This document shows positions 62,963 through 64,000 of a DNA stretch of 64,000 bases, piece by piece. The position numbers were made by a program, and so were the translations under genes. Below the pieces are notes generated by a model. The model did no database searches. It was not told the origin of the DNA and saw nothing but the letters and a program-made list of their open reading frames with translations. Source of the stretch: Nemertoderma westbladi (Eukaryota > Animalia > Xenacoelomorpha); NCBI GenBank assembly GCA_032718475.1, contig JAUCBJ010001720.1, positions 1 through 64,000 of the forward strand, written 5' to 3'. Every line of letters begins with the position of its first letter. Position 1 is the stretch's first letter.

Positions 62963-64000
62963 ATGGCGGATATACATTACACATCATAATATGGCATGGC
63001 AGTCACGTGAAAACAAGGGCCTTCACATTCCCAATTCTCTATCTAATCTATTATGGTTGTGCGTAATGCTCAATACTACTTTATGATATTAATTCATTCA
63101 CGTTTAACATTAACAGCCATACGTTTCATCAACCCCCCCCCCCCCCCCCCTCCCCTTCCAATGTGACAAACTATCACGATATGTTGGCGTTGGGCCCCGT
63201 CCCTACGTCCACCCTCCCTTGTGAAGGGCTAGGGGGGACTTTCGACCCATCATTACTAAAGGGTAGTGATAATATTCAAAATAAGTTTTCCCATGTATAC
63301 GTAATTTTATTCTTAAATAGGTACTTGTTTGTTCCTAAATTCTGCCTAAATGCTGCCTTACTCAATGTTAAATAATTTATTGTTCTCGAATATTTAATTC
63401 GTAACTAGGGAACCGCTTAACTACAAACCAATATTGGATATGGAGTTCCGTTTCGAAGTTCGCCTTGCAGAGACTAAAGTTGCAATAACTTTTGAGGGTG
63501 TGAATGTAATTTACTCAAATAGGGTAGGTGCGCGAAAAAATAGTTGGGCTAGAAGTATTACGTACAAACCTTTTCATTACGATGCTCTTTCAACACAACT
63601 AATAAAATTAACCAAAAATATTTTTTTCACTCATTGTAATTATATTTACTGTTTGCTTAATCTGTTTGTGTTTATATCTGTTTATGTGCAGTATTTAGGA
63701 AGACGTCAAAGAAACTAATATATTTATAGCATTATTTACATTTCTAATTAAATTAAGGAATTAAAAACGTGTTGGTGTTATTATATTCATTTATCGGAAT
63801 TTATATTATAGGAATTTATTATTCGTTTATGCATTCTAGTTAATTAATTGATATAATTAACGACATAATTATGTAAATAAAAATTGTTAAATGAAACAAA
63901 TCTTTGTTTCGGTTTATAATTGACAATAGCACACCCTCACAATCACTTCAAATTGAGAGTTAAAGTGATTGACATTTTGTTAATGAACTACGCTTTTGTA

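Noticed and set aside
63163-63718. Small ORFs as the missing alpha-kinase N-lobe
   Set aside because: They are on the opposite strand to the kinase segment, no kinase motifs were recognised, and the region looks like non-coding repeat DNA

Overview
Animal (invertebrate-like) nuclear genomic DNA with AT-rich introns, GT-AG splicing and the standard code; the taxon cannot be determined. Main contents: (1) TRAP1/HSP75 on the - strand, 2 exons, with an apparent 1-nt frameshift near its C-terminus. (2) A ~40-kb tolloid/BMP1 metalloprotease gene on the + strand (13 exons, 6234-46593; its first exon is not visible). Four of its introns hold four unrelated tandem arrays (~27.5 kb in total), and two of these arrays are amplifications of the exon end plus the 5' splice donor (~110 and ~229 donor copies). 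(3) An intronless ASH2L gene nested antisense, and a tRNA-Glu(CTC) nested sense, inside tolloid introns. (4) The 3' exons of a - strand gene with an extended-Tudor/SN-like fold that seems to lack the Tudor barrel. (5) A TE-rich right end with RTE-like LINEs, tRNA-derived SINEs, hAT-type MITEs and an IS3EU-like DDE transposon that is inserted into a LINE and followed by a convergent alpha-kinase C-terminal segment (candidate cargo). All gene models were derived by eye from splice signals, reading-frame phase and motif recall; no searches were run.
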